Assembly: GCF_009914755.1 (NCBI RefSeq)
Contig: NC_060941.1
Strand: one strand, 5' to 3'
DNA: 64,000 nt
DNA from: the human T2T-CHM13v2.0 reference genome, Homo sapiens
The notes under the pieces: generated by a model
Database searches by the model: none
What the model was told of the DNA's origin: nothing
What the model saw: only the letters and a program-made list of their open reading frames with translations
In this document: in pieces, positions 28,001 through 43,530 of the stretch
How the letters are laid out: each line of letters begins with the position of its first letter
Position numbering within the stretch: the stretch's first letter is position 1
Translations under genes and position numbers: made by a program

Positions 28001-31000
28001 AGAGGTGGCCTTTGCTTTGGGAGAAAACATACTTGTCCACTTAGCACTTGTAATTTCTATAGGAGTCCTATCACACAGTGGAGCACATCCCTAGGCCCCT
28101 AAATTAAAGATGGTGGATGGTCCTTTCCCAGGCCAAGAGGGGGACTCCCGTGGTACCCGGGCAAGACGCATCCAGAATGACTCCTTCCACCTAGACCCTG
28201 GCCACACTTTTCAAAATGCAACTGATAGACTGAGCTCGCCCCGAGCTACAAATAAACTAACAGACTTTATACTCTTTATTATTCCAGCCTCCCTCTAAGG
28301 CGTGTTTTGGTGTCAGTCTATGTGTTGGAGAAACTGTGATAGCAAACTAATTTACTAAGTGCATTGCACTTAAAAATGTCTATTTTATACACCAAATCAG
28401 TCTGTGTCACGTGGTATTTCTTGAAGGGAGGTGACTCGTCTGTCTGTGGGTCCCCAACCCAGAACAGGCCCCGCCGGGTATGCACAGCATATGTATGTGT
28501 GCAATGCTCCTTGCATGCCCGCCATGCAACTGTTAACCAAGAGCCGTCCTCAACCCTCACAGGTCACACAAGGAGGCAATCACACACTAAGCATCCGCGC
28601 CACTCAGAAAGCACAGGAGGAAAAAAGAGTTGGGGAGAGGAAGAGATAGACGGACAGGGAGACAGGGAGATAGACCCAGGACGTTATAGAGGACAGGGAT
28701 GGCTCAGGGAGCAACCTTCTTCAGAGAGGCAGCAGAAAGTAAGATGTTGAGGCTGCCTGAATGTTTCATGAGCCTGTGAAAATACCGCGCTGCTTTATGA
28801 AAGAGCGTGGAGAGATGCTGCAGCTTATCAAAGGGTGGAGGTACAAACGGGATGTGTTTATAAAGCCGGTGCCTTGTGCCAGGAGCAGGGGCCTGTGGCA
28901 GGCAGGGATTTAGGGAATGGTAGGTTCCCTACCAACCAACAAACGGGTCTCTGTTGAAGGGGGAGAAAGTTTCAAGATGGCTTCTTCCCCTTCACTTGTT
29001 TAAAAATAAAAAATTCCTCACCAAATGTCAGCTGCGTGTCAGGTTCCATTTGTCTTTATAACAGAGTATCAAGCAGGAGCGTGGAAATAAATAAACACAG
29101 GGAGACAACCGACCAAAACTTGCAGGCTCTGGGCTGGGCTGGGCTAGAGGAGGGAAGCCCCACCCTGCAAGGGCTGAAAAATAATATTGCAGTTTCGCGT
29201 TCAGCACTGTGGCTCTGGCCCACTGACATGTTTTCCTCTCTTTACTGCCCCCCACCCCCTACCACCACCACTCTGGCGCTTCTGGGAGGGATAGGAGCGT
29301 GACTTATGCATTCCTTCCTTCCGAATTGCACAGGCATCATGGGTCAGAACACCATCTGCGTATATGGGGGAGGGGGCAGATAAACCAAGCAGGGCCCCTG
29401 CCCTCAGCAGCAAGGCACCTCCAACTGCCACACATCGGTATGAAGGCGCCTTAGGCCAGGGCTGAATGTGGCTGGGAGAGAGGTGTCAAAGAAGGCTGCA
29501 GGGGAGAGGCAACAGGGCTGAACCAGCCAGGGAAGATGGCATTTTCTCTGGCCACTACAGTGTCTAGTTCATCCCTAGACACCAAAGAGCCCGATAATCT
29601 CTCCATTTCACCGATGCGCCATCAGCCACGCTCCAAGTTGAGTAAGTGACAGGCGCAGGACAGAAGGCCCACTCTGGAATGGTACCCAGGAGGCCTCCTT
29701 GCTGTAATTACCTCTTCGCAGGCCCTGGGCTTTTCTGGCTCTTGAATGAGCCTCGGGAGCCCTCCCCATGTCCTCAGCAGCCTGAGGGCGGCCGCCCGCA
29801 GCGCCTCCAGCGGCCCTGGGACCGTGTCAGAGGAGGGAGGGCGAGGAGGGCAGGCTGTGGAGGCCCCGGCCCTGTCCTTGGTGCTGGCGCCCGCTGAGTG
29901 CCTGCTGAGCCACTCAGAGGCAGGGGCCGCCCATGCCGCCACCTTCCCTCGACATCCGCCTCTGGTCCCTGCGGAAGGGCAGTGAATACTCCCAGCCCCG
30001 CTGTGGCTCCCAACCGAGGTCACTGGGTGCGGAGCATTTGCCGCAAAGGCCCATCCGAGTAAGGGGCGGAGCCTAGGGACTTCCCTGGACTCCTGGCTCC
30101 TCCTGGCACCCAGAGGCGACCCGAGGTCCCCGGGGTGGGCACGGGTCTCTCTAGGCCCCAGGCCCCTGAGGAAGGTGGATCAAAGCAATCACCCAGGTTC
30201 CCTTTTTTCTTTGGGGGGAGGAGGGTGGATAGCTGCTAGAAATGGACAACTCACCCCAGAAAACCCCGGCCGTGCAAGCGCAAACAGCCCAGCACCAGTG
30301 GCAACCCCTGCCGCACGCACGCAGCCACCTCGCCAGGCCCAGGCTGTCTCGGCTTGGGTGCGTCCCTTCAACCGTGCTTCTTGCTCCTTAACCCCTTCAG
30401 TGGTCCCCACGTCACCCGCTCTGTCTCCCTCCTGGGGACAGCCTTGCCCTCCCAGAAGCTGTCAGCCAGGAAATGAAGGGTTAAGCGTTGCTTCCAGGAG
30501 TGTGCGGTGAGCGGTGAGCGAGGCGCCCACGCAGGAAGGCCTCCAGTCCTGGGGGAGGGGCGGGGGGGCCAGCCTCGGTCCTCGGCCAAAGGGAGCTCCT
30601 CGCCCGCAGGAGGCGGAGAAGGAAGGCGCGCCGGGATGGTTCTAAGAAGGCTCCCCTCCTCCGCCCCCGCCATGCCGCCCCCACGCCCCCACCCCGCCGG
30701 CGCTCAGTGACCTGGGGCGCCCCTGCAAGAGGCCCATACCCGGCTTTCATCAGGCAGCGCCTTCTCGACAACTTTTCTCCCTCTCTCCCCTCACAATTTT
30801 TGCTCACCTGGAGGGTCGGTTTTTAATTAGTGTAATATCCCCGTGAACAACGCAGCCTAATTAAGACATCCGTCCCGAATCCGCGATGCACACTTAATGA
30901 GCAGGTTCTGCCGCAATGTTTATACTTTTTTTTTCCATTATGTTTTGCAGACCAGTAAAACCGAAGCCGGCTTCCGGCTGAAAGACCTCATTACGGGCGA

Positions 31001-32171
31001 CCCCACTCCATTAGCCTCCTACCTGCTCCACGCTAAGTGCCCGGGGCGCCCGGGTGCATGCCCAAGGCGTCCCCGAGTCCAACCTGCGTTTGGAGCAGGA
31101 AATTAGCAACCTGCGCGCCCGAGAAGCGACTTCACCACCAGCTGGGGCAGGAAGGGGGACTTAAACCCAGGGATGGATCCCTTGGGTCTCTGTCCTTAGC
31201 CTCCACCGTGGGGTGTCTCGCGCGTCGGGACTAGCGGCTCCGCGGGACTCCTTTTTAAAAGTGATCATTAAATAAATCAGGTACCTCGCCAAAGCTGGAA
31301 CGGAAAGGGGAGGGGGAGGCAGCTCTGTTGTCCAGGAGTTTCTCCCCACCTCGCTGGGCCCCCGCCCCCACCAGTGGACTCCGGGAACATCCCACCCCCA
31401 CCCTACGTGATACCAGGGATCCCAGGGCCGCTTGGGGACCCGACAGGTTCCCAATGCCCCTCCACGCGGGGCGCCGCGTCTCGGTCCCCGCACCGACACT
31501 GCAGGGCTGCGCGCCAGGGGAGGCTCCGCGTCCCGGGGAGGGAGGCTGCGACCCCCAGCACCAAAATGACCACTGGCCTCGCGCCACCCCGAGACGCCAC
31601 AGAAGACCACCTTCCCGAGCGTGCGAGCCCAACACGCCCCGGGCGAGCCCCACCACCGCCCGGGGCCACCAGGGCAGAAAGTTTGGGCCAGGGGCGTGCC
31701 CGGCTTTCCCAGCCCGGCCGCGCTGCTCGAGGCCCTGGGGGTGGCCGAGGCTTCAGAGAGGCAGCCTCTGCTCCCGTTCCAGCCTTCCTATCGTGCTTGG
31801 GGACTCGGCCCGGAGCGCCCCCAGCCCGCCCCCTGTAGGGCCCTGCGCGCCGCTCGCCCCTCGCTGCTCGGCCCCCGCGCACACCGCGGTGCTGCGGGCC
31901 CCGCTCCTATTTGGGGAGCTGTGGCAGCCCCTTCCTCCCCACAACTCCTTTGGGTCATCAACCTCTCAGCGACCCTCCTTTCAGAGGACCCCGGCAGGGC
32001 TCTCTCCGGGCCTGGGTGCCGCGACAGACGCACGTTGCACCACCGCCGGGTCGCCAGCCTCTCTCCCACCCGCGCGGGCTCCGGCTGCCTGCTCGGACGC
32101 GCCCCGCGGGGCCGGGATCTCCGCGCGCCTCTGCCTCCCCCCGCCGGGGAGTTCCCCGCGCCGGGCATTGT

Positions 32172-32232
32172 GCCGCCGCCGCCGCCGCCACAGCCACCAC
32201 CACCGCCACCGCCACCGCCACTGCCACCGCCA
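32172..32232. repeat. (GCC)6 followed by CCACCG/CCA repeats
   Basis: GCCGCCGCCGCCGCCGCCACAGCCACCACCACCGCCACCGCCACCGCCAC. Confidence 0.9.
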
Positions 32233-32562
32233 CGCAGCGCGCGGGACTCTCTGGCGTCTCCATGGAGCCCGACCCCCGGGCCTTCCCATTCACAAAATCG
32301 CCCCTCTGGCCCACGGCCGGACAGAGCGTCCAGACCCCAGCCCCGGAGGGACCCAGGGACCCCGACCCCGCGCAGGGACCCCTGACCCCGAGGGCGCCAC
32401 CCCACCCCACGCGCCCTCGGGTCAGCCCCGGCCGCGCTCAGCAGCCCGCCTCCCACTGCGGGGTCCCATGCGCCCCTCCGCGGCCATGTCCCCCTCCCCC
32501 AGCTCAGCCCGATGGGAATGACCGCCGCAGAGCGAGGCGGGCGACGAGGCCAGGCTACTCAC

Positions 32563-32830
32563 GGGCTCAGCGCTCCCCGCGGCAGGTGACTGGGGGCCGG
32601 CGGCCATGCCCCGGCTGCATCCCGGCCGCCGAGCGGGCAGCGGCGTCCTGGGGCCGCACAGGCACCGGCGAGCCGGCGGCAAGGGGCGCGCGAGGCCGGG
32701 CTCGGGCGGCAGCTGTGGCAGCTGCTTCTCCTCCGACCACGCGAGCTGCTGGGGCCCGGCTGGGGCCGCTGTCCGAGGAGGTTCTGCTGGCTTCGGAGCA
32801 GCCCCGCGCTCGCTCTTCCCTCGCCTCCTC
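32563..32830 (-). other. RBFOX3: First (5' UTR) exon of a minus-strand gene, probably RBFOX3 (NeuN); 5' boundary approximate
   Basis: Seen: consensus donor CCC|GTGAGT (GT at 32562-32561) at the CpG island core, then >32 kb with no coding exon. The gene name comes from recall of the RBFOX3 leader and its GC- and VNTR-rich 17q25.3 setting and was not verified by alignment. Confidence 0.6.
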
Positions 32831-32862
32831 TCTCTCTCTCTCTCCTCCCTCCTCTCTCCGCC

Positions 32863-32940
<78 letters not shown>

Positions 32941-32969
32941 CCCTCCTTCTCTCTCTCTCTCTCTCTCTC
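32826..32969. repeat. Compound (CT)n/(GA)n microsatellite with embedded CCGCCCTCC
   Basis: Perfect (CT)36 at 32866-32937, flanked by shorter CT runs. Confidence 0.97.
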
Positions 32970-35299
32970 GTTCCTCTGGCTCGTTCGGCTGGAGCGAGGC
33001 GGCAGCAGGAGCACGCGGCGGCGGCGCGGGCGGCGGTGGCAGCTCGAGCGGAGCGCGCAGCGCGCGGCATGGGAGGGGGCTCTGGCTGTCGCGCGGCCGG
33101 GGAGGGCGGCGGAGCGGGGAGAGCCATGACCGGGTGGGCTTCGGCGGTCAGCACCCTGCAGCCTTCAGCGCCAACTCCTCGGGGCAGGGGCACAGAAGAG
33201 GTGGGGTACACACGGAAGATCCCAGAACCCAGTGCTGCCCTGGTCCCTTCAAGGGCAGCCCCAAGCCCGCTGCCCCTCCCCACCTCCAAGCTATCTTGGG
33301 GGCGGATCAACCCAGGTGACCCTTAACAGGACCCCTGCCCTTGTGCCTCGCTGTCCCTGGGGGCCATTTTTCTTTGCCAGGCCCAGGGATCCCCAGCAAT
33401 GGGACGTGGTCACCAAGCATCAGGGACGAATGCCACCCCACCCCGCATGCCATGCCATGCCTTTGAGTTGCCCACATACCCCAAACCCCCTCACTAGGCC
33501 CAGGTGCCCTGACTTCCTGGAGGACCACTGGAAAGGAAGGGATCGGGCCCACTCCGTGCTGTTAGTCCAGATTGGCCAACCCAACCCATTTAAACATTTC
33601 CACCTGTGCCTGGCTGGAGAGGAAGGACTGTGGGAGGTCAGCTTAGGATTTCCCTAAAATCAAAAGATCAGGTAGCTCCTGTCCCCAGTCCCAGCCTCCC
33701 CCAGCATCTAGAGTAAGGGGCCTGGTGTGAGTTCTGGGAGGGTCTCTATCCTTGGTGCAGAGGGAGCAGGAGAGCAGAGGCTGAGGACACAGTGGAGTGG
33801 GGACCCTCTGGAAAGGCAGGAGAGATCTATTGCTGGGGTCAGCCCACCACTGGCACACAACACCAGAAGTGGGCAAGAAGGTCTGGACGGTCCCAAACAG
33901 GTTTAGGCAGGAGGCTGAGTAATCATTTCCAAAACAAAAGACATTCTGGTGCAGCAACCAGGCTGGAGAAACGAGCCTGCACCATCGAAGGACATTTCCA
34001 AATTACACACAAACAGATCCAAACCCGTCCCCATGTCACTTTTGCTCCTGAAGGCTGCTCCTGGAACAATTAGCCTCCTCCTCGCACCTGACTGTCCTGC
34101 TTTTCTGTGTGAGGTGAAAAGCACATCATGGAATCTGGGGTTTGGTAGGGGCCTGGAAGACCCAGAGGCCAGGAAGAGGGGAGTATGGATTTGGAGCTTC
34201 TCGGTAGTAGGGGCTCTGGGCTGCTGGCTGCCCCCCCTGCAGGGCAGCAGAGACGGTGGCCAAGACAGTGGCCGCTGCCCACTTATGAGCGTCATGCTTT
34301 TAATTTCTGGCCCTCCAGCCCGTCTGGGTCATTGATCTGTCTTGGCCGGTGGGAATCGTGTTATACAATTCCAAGCATACAGCTAAACAGCCCCACAGCT
34401 AACCACCAGATAAATGCCGTGTCTACGAGCAAGGCAGCCGCCTGGTTGACTGAACTTTCCCCTGCCACCGGATTTGAAATGGCGCATTCCAGCTCTAAAG
34501 CCCTAATTGGGCCTCTTGGTTCTCTGCTGTCAGATGGTCCAGGCTTTCGTGGCCTCCAACTCCCGGCTGGGCCCAGCCACTGCCTGGCAGGCACCTGTCT
34601 CCCTGCAGGCAGGGCTCTTGCCTCGCTGTGCCGGCAGCGCCCCCTGTCGGTCCCGCTTGTCCCTTGCCCACATTTCTTCTCCCTGGGGAGCCTTTTCCTC
34701 TCTGGTCCAGACCCTACTGCCCTTTGGAGCCTCCTCGCAGAAACCTCTCGAAGAGTGGGATTCGAGCCCATCTCCGTCTCCCTTCAGCTCCCCATGCGAG
34801 TTCTGCATGTGCCTGTGAAGTGGGGACACATTGACCTGGCAGAGCTGTGTGCCCGAGTGGAAGAGGGGTCCCTGCAAAGCATAGGGCCCGGTAAATCATT
34901 CCTTGGGGACGTTCTGGAAGAGCTCTCTGAAGACAGCACCAAATCTTGTTCCAAGTTCCACCAGTCCCAGCCCAGGACTCAGGACACGGTGGGCCTGCTC
35001 AGACGCCCGGGTGGTAAACTGAAATTGGCCTCTGTGGTTGGGACTGGCCACAGGGCCTGCGCGTGAGGACACCCCTTGGGAACAGGCCCCAGCCAGGCCG
35101 GCCTCATTACCAGCCCCAGAGAGTTTGCCCTTCGTGCTCAGCTGTCGTAGACAGGGATCTGGCCGGAAGAGAGTAAGTGTCAGGGCCAGCAGGACATACC
35201 AGCACTAACCGGGAGATTTTCCATTTGGGGACGTCATCTAAGAGAATTTTTAAAACCTCTGATTTGGAAACTTTAATTTTTAAAAAGTGAGCACATGGG

Positions 35300-37250
<1,951 letters not shown>

Positions 37251-38010
37251 GGCATGTCCAGCTGCCTAGGGCTCAGACATGTAGAGGGCTGTCACTACCA
37301 AGATGCCTCCTGCCATTGTACCACCCTTTCAGTGCCAGGTGAGCCTGGCCCCTGCTCCCCTCTGTGCCCGGCCGGCTCGGGCCATGTTGCAGTGGAGTGC
37401 CTGTTTTCCTTTCCACGCACTGCCACCTGTGTAAGCTGAAGACCCTCATTTCGCCCCATGGAAGCATTTACTTTGATCCACTCTTAGCATCAGGAGGTGG
37501 CCACAGGGAACAAAGAAACAGAAAACACACATCAGCCCACCAACCTGCAAGAAGCCCCAGCCAAGGAGGCCCTTGGTTCCCCAGGACCCCTCATGCCTTG
37601 CCCAAGAACTCCCTAAAAGAGGCTCTTGTAAAGCGTGGGGCAGCTGCGGTTCCAGAGTTTCACATTCTCTTCTCCCAGGCTCCTCCGTCTAAGGGTAGCA
37701 GACCCAAATCATCACAGACAGAAAGGACATCATGGCCCCACTTTCATATTCAGCACTGGACACATCCACAGATAGAAAGGAGGTGAAGATGCAACTGTAG
37801 AAGGATCGAGGAAAGCAAGAGATCAGGGGCCTGCTTTTTCCTTGCTGGTCTTTGACGTTCTTGTGAGGTCCACAGATGGCCAGCACCGACGGCCCGTTGG
37901 AGAGCTGATGTCACCGCCATTGGCTGCCTTGCTTGCTCTCTCAGTCCAACAGAGTAAATTATAAGGTTACTCTATGTAGTCGTAACCTCCTTGTTAAGAA
38001 TGGATCTCTC

Positions 38011-38384
<374 letters not shown>

Positions 38385-39504
38385 CTACTGCCAGGCCTGC
38401 TACCGCTGTTGTATGTGTCGGATCTCCCCTTCAGGCCACCATCCAAGCACGCTGTGGGACCCTGTGCAGTCCTGCATCAATAAATACCACTTAGGGAGAG
38501 CCCCACACGACCTGAGGGAATGTATGATCAAAACGCCCCACTACTGTTTCACGAAACACGCGGGGCAGATGTGCAAACATTTATACTGTGTGGGCTCTCA
38601 GGGGTTGTGCACCTGTCCGGGCTCCATGGAATGTAGGTCACAAGGAGACCTTGGAGGTCAGAGACGCCAACCAGCTAACTTAAATGAAGACGTCACAGGG
38701 CCGGGCTGTGCTCTGTCCCATAGCTGGAAGAGAGGTGTTCGGCCCTCACACACCCAGCCTCAGCCTCAGCTGTGTCCGCCGGCTGGCTCTCCGCTCTTCA
38801 CTTCAGTCCCAAGGTTTATCATCCCTCTTTCTCCTGACCCTTTTTTCCTGGCAGATGGTGGCACAGTTTCACCTTGAAGCTAGAGCCTTCAGTGGGAGCA
38901 GCTTTCTCCCTGCACGCCTCCTTCTAGTTTCATCTTGTCTTCCTGCTCCCTTTCAAATTCTTCTTCCGTTTTCTCCCTCCATCCAGCCCTCTCTTGCTCT
39001 ATCCTCTTCTGTCTTTCCTGCTCTGGGGATGGGGGGGTCTTAGCCTACCAGCCTAAAAACCTTATCTGGTCTTCCCCATCCTTCCAGAAGCACCCCTAGA
39101 TGCTCTTCTCTCCCCTCGTTCCCCTTCCATCCTCGCCTTCCCTCGATCACAAGCATCCCTACCTCCACGTCCACACCCACGGACACCCCAGGGAAATGGC
39201 TCTCTCGGGTCACCAGGGAAGGCTGAATCACAAACAGCCAGGCCTGCACTCCCTCCTTGGTTTACTTGATCCTTTACTGCAGGTGGCCCCGTGGCCAAGT
39301 CCCTTTCTAGAAACCTCGACTTCATCCTCCACCACAGCACCGTCTCCCACTCTTCTCTCCCGAGGTTGCACGTCAGCATCTCCACCTGTCTTTCTCTGCT
39401 TCTCCCTAAACACCAGCGTCCCATTTTCCCAGGTGATCCTATTTTTCTCCCCAATGAGCTCATCCCTCCAGTGGTCTCACTGTCGTGGAAGTCATCCCCG
39501 CATT

Positions 39505-39610
39505 TTGAGCTGAAAGCAACTTCAGAGGTCATGTTGCACAGTCCGCCCATATCACAGATGAGAACACTGAGGCCCAGAATGTCCCGTGGCTCGCCAGCAG
39601 CTCTGGGTCC
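39505..39610 (-). mobile_element. MIR/MIR3 fragment
   Basis: CTTCAGAGGTCAT...ACAGATGAGAACACTGAGGCCCAGA. Confidence 0.7.
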
Positions 39611-40999
39611 TGGCCTGGGATGCTGCCTACTGCGCCAGCCCCACTGCCCCGCCGCCTCTTGTGTCACATGCAGGGAGCAGCAAGCGCATCTGCGATGTCA
39701 CATGTGCACCTCCAGGCTTGATATTTTATTTAAGAGTGTGCGACTCCATATCAGTGCCCAGTGGCTTTCAGTTCTGACATTTATCTTCTCCAGAGGAGGA
39801 TGAACCACTTGCACGCCGTCCGTCTCTCCTCCCACGTGGATGGGAAATGTCAGAGGGAAGTCCAGGTAGTTCAGGGTCCCACGTCCACACCACAAGGATT
39901 TACTGTTTTTGTGCTGCTTGATGACACAGCTGTGTTTGGGGAGCGGCGATAGCCTAAAAAACGCACAAGTGGAAATAGCAAAGGTTTTCTGAGGCACCGT
40001 CAATTTCTGCAGCCGGGGCAGTGGCCAGTGTCTCCGGGAACAGGCGCCGCAGTCCACTCAGGGGCCCACAGGTTCTTCCCCGTCTTCCATCTCCTTGTCT
40101 TGAGTGGGACGTGAGCCGTATCTCTGAGCTCAGCCTGTGATTGCACAATAATACCACCCAGAAAACAAATTAAAAATAGGAAAAATCCATCCAAGCCGTG
40201 TGTCTGCTCAGGCAGAATAGTGTCAGATTGCTAGGCAACTCCAGGCAGTCCTGGGGGAAGGAGGGCCGTGCTCAGCTTGTTCTGCAGAAGTAGAGTCCTT
40301 GTCCCTTTTGTGTGGATGTGCTCAGCCGAATCTCAGCAAAAGTCATGAACAGAAAGGAGAGGCGGGCTGCATAAGCCGGCGGAGTGCACATCCGTCTGGA
40401 CAAATGGATTTTCCGGAGGATGGAGAAGAGACGGGGGTGTCCACGTGATGAGAAACATCTGGATACGCGCTGGAAAAATCAATCTGATTTCTCTGTGCTT
40501 CCCAAGATCCAGGTGTTTACAATTGTGTAGGCAAAGCGTCTGAATGTTAATGAAGTCTTTCCTCTCAATATCCTGCATCTCCCTCAGCAAGAGGCAAATG
40601 AAAACTAGGCTCAGCAGGCCTGGGAGAGACGGGGAGCAGGAGGAGGAACTAGAGAGACCCAGGCAGAGGAAGCCGGGAAATGGAACTGGGAGATCACACT
40701 CGCCCAGTCGGGGTTTCTGCTCCCAGGAAGGAGATGGAGGCAACAGGGCAAGAAAGACACGTGCATTTTTCACAGTTCAGTCGAAACCATAATCATATTA
40801 ATATGTTTGTGGATGCTAAGACGTTGGCTATAAGCATCAAATACTTTTCAAAGGAAGAGGCAGGGGACGTGGCATCGTGAAAAATAGCACCAATTTTCCA
40901 TTTGATTGTAAGCTCTTTAGCACTCCAGGAGGGTAGAACCTCGACAGCGTCTTCTCTTTTAGGAGGTGCAGAGACTGCCCAGGGCCAGCACAAAAGCAT

Positions 41000-41429
41000 G
41001 GATTCAGGTCCTGGGGCTGCCACAACAAAGTCCCACAAAACCAGAGGCTGAAAACACAGAAACTTATTCTCTCACAGTTCTGGAGGCCAGGTGTTTGAAA
41101 TCAAGGTGTCAGTGGGGCCAGGCTCTCTCAAAAGGCTCCAGGGGGACTCCCTCCCGTGCTTCCCTCCTCGCTCCTGGGGGCCAGGGGCAATCCCAGGTAC
41201 TCCGGGGCTTGTGGCTGCGTCTCTCTGACCTCCGCCTCTGTCTTCATGCAGCCTTCTCCTCTGCCCTTCTTTGTACAAGGGCAGCAGTCGTTGGACTTAG
41301 GGCCACCCTGATCCTGTATGACTTCATCTTAACTAACTATACCTGCAAAGGTACTGTGTCCAAATAAGGCAGGCTCTGAAGTTCTAGGTGGACATGAACA
41401 GGGGATGGGGGGCAGCTCAACCCACTACA
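41000..41429 (-). mobile_element. MLT1 (C-like) LTR
   Basis: GGGCTGCCACAACAAAG..ACAGAAACTTATTCTCTCACAGTTCTGGAGGCCAG..AAATCAAGGTGTCAG; ends CAACCCACTACA. Confidence 0.88.
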
Positions 41430-41732
41430 AAGGGCTTGTGAAGGGACTCAGGCAGGCTCCGGGGCAGGTGGACTCCAGCAATCCTCTGATCTCCTCCACG
41501 TCCCCGACGGACAGGGTGTCACCCAGGAAGCACTCCAGGGACAAGCCATTCACCATCTCCCCTCCTCCAGCCCTGGGGGAGCCTCCTCTACTGGAAAACA
41601 TCCTTTTCAACAGCAACCAAATTCTCCTCTGGCCGTCGTCCAGGTTGGAGTTCAGACCTACCTTCTGGAGTAACGAAAAATAACAAAAACAGCAATCGTG
41701 GCTGCTTCCCGCACCCTGGAGCCCAAGCCAAC

Positions 41733-42450
41733 CACACGCGCACACACGCACATGCACACACATGCACATGCACACACACACGTGCACACATGCATATGCA
41801 CACACGCACATGCACACATATGTACATGCACACATGCACACAAGCACATGCACACATGTGTGCATGCACGCACATGCACACATACACACATGCACACACG
41901 CACACATGCACGCGCGGACATGCACACACACATGCACACACATGTGCACATGCACACACGTGCACATGCACACACAGGGACATGCACACACGCACATGCA
42001 CACATACGCACATGCACACACACGTGCACACATACGCATATGCGCACACACGCACACACGCACATGCACAAATATGTACATACACGCACGCACACAGACA
42101 TGCACACACACGGACATGGACACACACGGACATACACACACATGCACACATGCCCACATGCACACACACGGACATGCACACACGCACGTGCACACATGCA
42201 CATGCACACATGCGCACACACATGCACACGTGCACACACGCACGTGCACACACGCGCACACACATGCGCATACGTGCACATGCATACGCGCACATGCACA
42301 CACGCATGCACACATGTGCACACCCGCGCGTGCACACACGCACGCACACACACGCACGCACGCACACATGCACACACGCACATGCACACACGCACATGCA
42401 CACACACGCACACACACGGACATGCACACACGCACATGCACACATGTGCC
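41733..42450. repeat. ~720-bp CA-rich (CACATGCA) alternating purine-pyrimidine repeat
   Basis: Seen directly; about 35 CATGCA by hand count. Confidence 0.95.
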
Positions 42451-42465
42451 CATGCCGTCCTGTAG

Positions 42466-43080
<615 letters not shown>

Positions 43081-43530
43081 TGAAACCCAGCACCGAAGGG
43101 CTTGATCCAAGCTGGGGGAAACCGTTGAGCAGGAATGGAGCCCTGAGCAACCCTGCAAAGCCAACGATACCCAGCGAGGGGGCCATCCTGAATCTACACA
43201 TTTTCAAGGTGCAGATATTAAATAACCATAGTAAAAGCACGTCTCTACCAACAAGCAGAAGTGAGACTTCACTGAATCATGTTGGTCGTTAGAGTTTGCA
43301 ATACACTGAGTGCCTGGGTGGCAAATTCTGACCTGTACAAGTGTCCATGAACTTCTCAGTGATGACTGTCGGGTCAATGTCAGTTTCATCGGGGCATAAC
43401 CCAGTGTCCTTCAGAAACCAAGTGCGGGAGTCGTGCATGTCACTAAATGTTCATGCGTGCCTGCAGGACTCAGGGGCACGTGGCTGTGTGGGATGCAGCC
43501 TCTATGGGAAGCTTGCTGCTAGCACTGCTA

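Larger units (their letters stand above)
29740..33200. promoter_or_regulatory. Large CpG island / promoter of a minus-strand gene (densest 31300-33150)
   Basis: Very high GC and CpG density, many GC boxes, no transposons, contains a first-exon splice donor. Confidence 0.93.

Noticed and set aside
27998-28010. CTCF-like core CCAAGAGGTGGCC
   Set aside because: A single short motif match with no supporting context; not reportable without ChIP data.
32765-32790. REST/RE1 site in exon 1 (CAGAACC-TCCTC-GGACAGCGGC on the minus strand)
   Set aside because: The right half-site is good, but the 5-nt spacer and mismatched left half do not fit the canonical RE1.
31328-33326. Long Pro/Ala/Arg-rich ORFs (397, 471, 254 and 247 aa)
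   Set aside because: Expected in a GC-rich CpG island with few stop codons; they overlap in several frames on both strands and include the translated (CT)n repeat.
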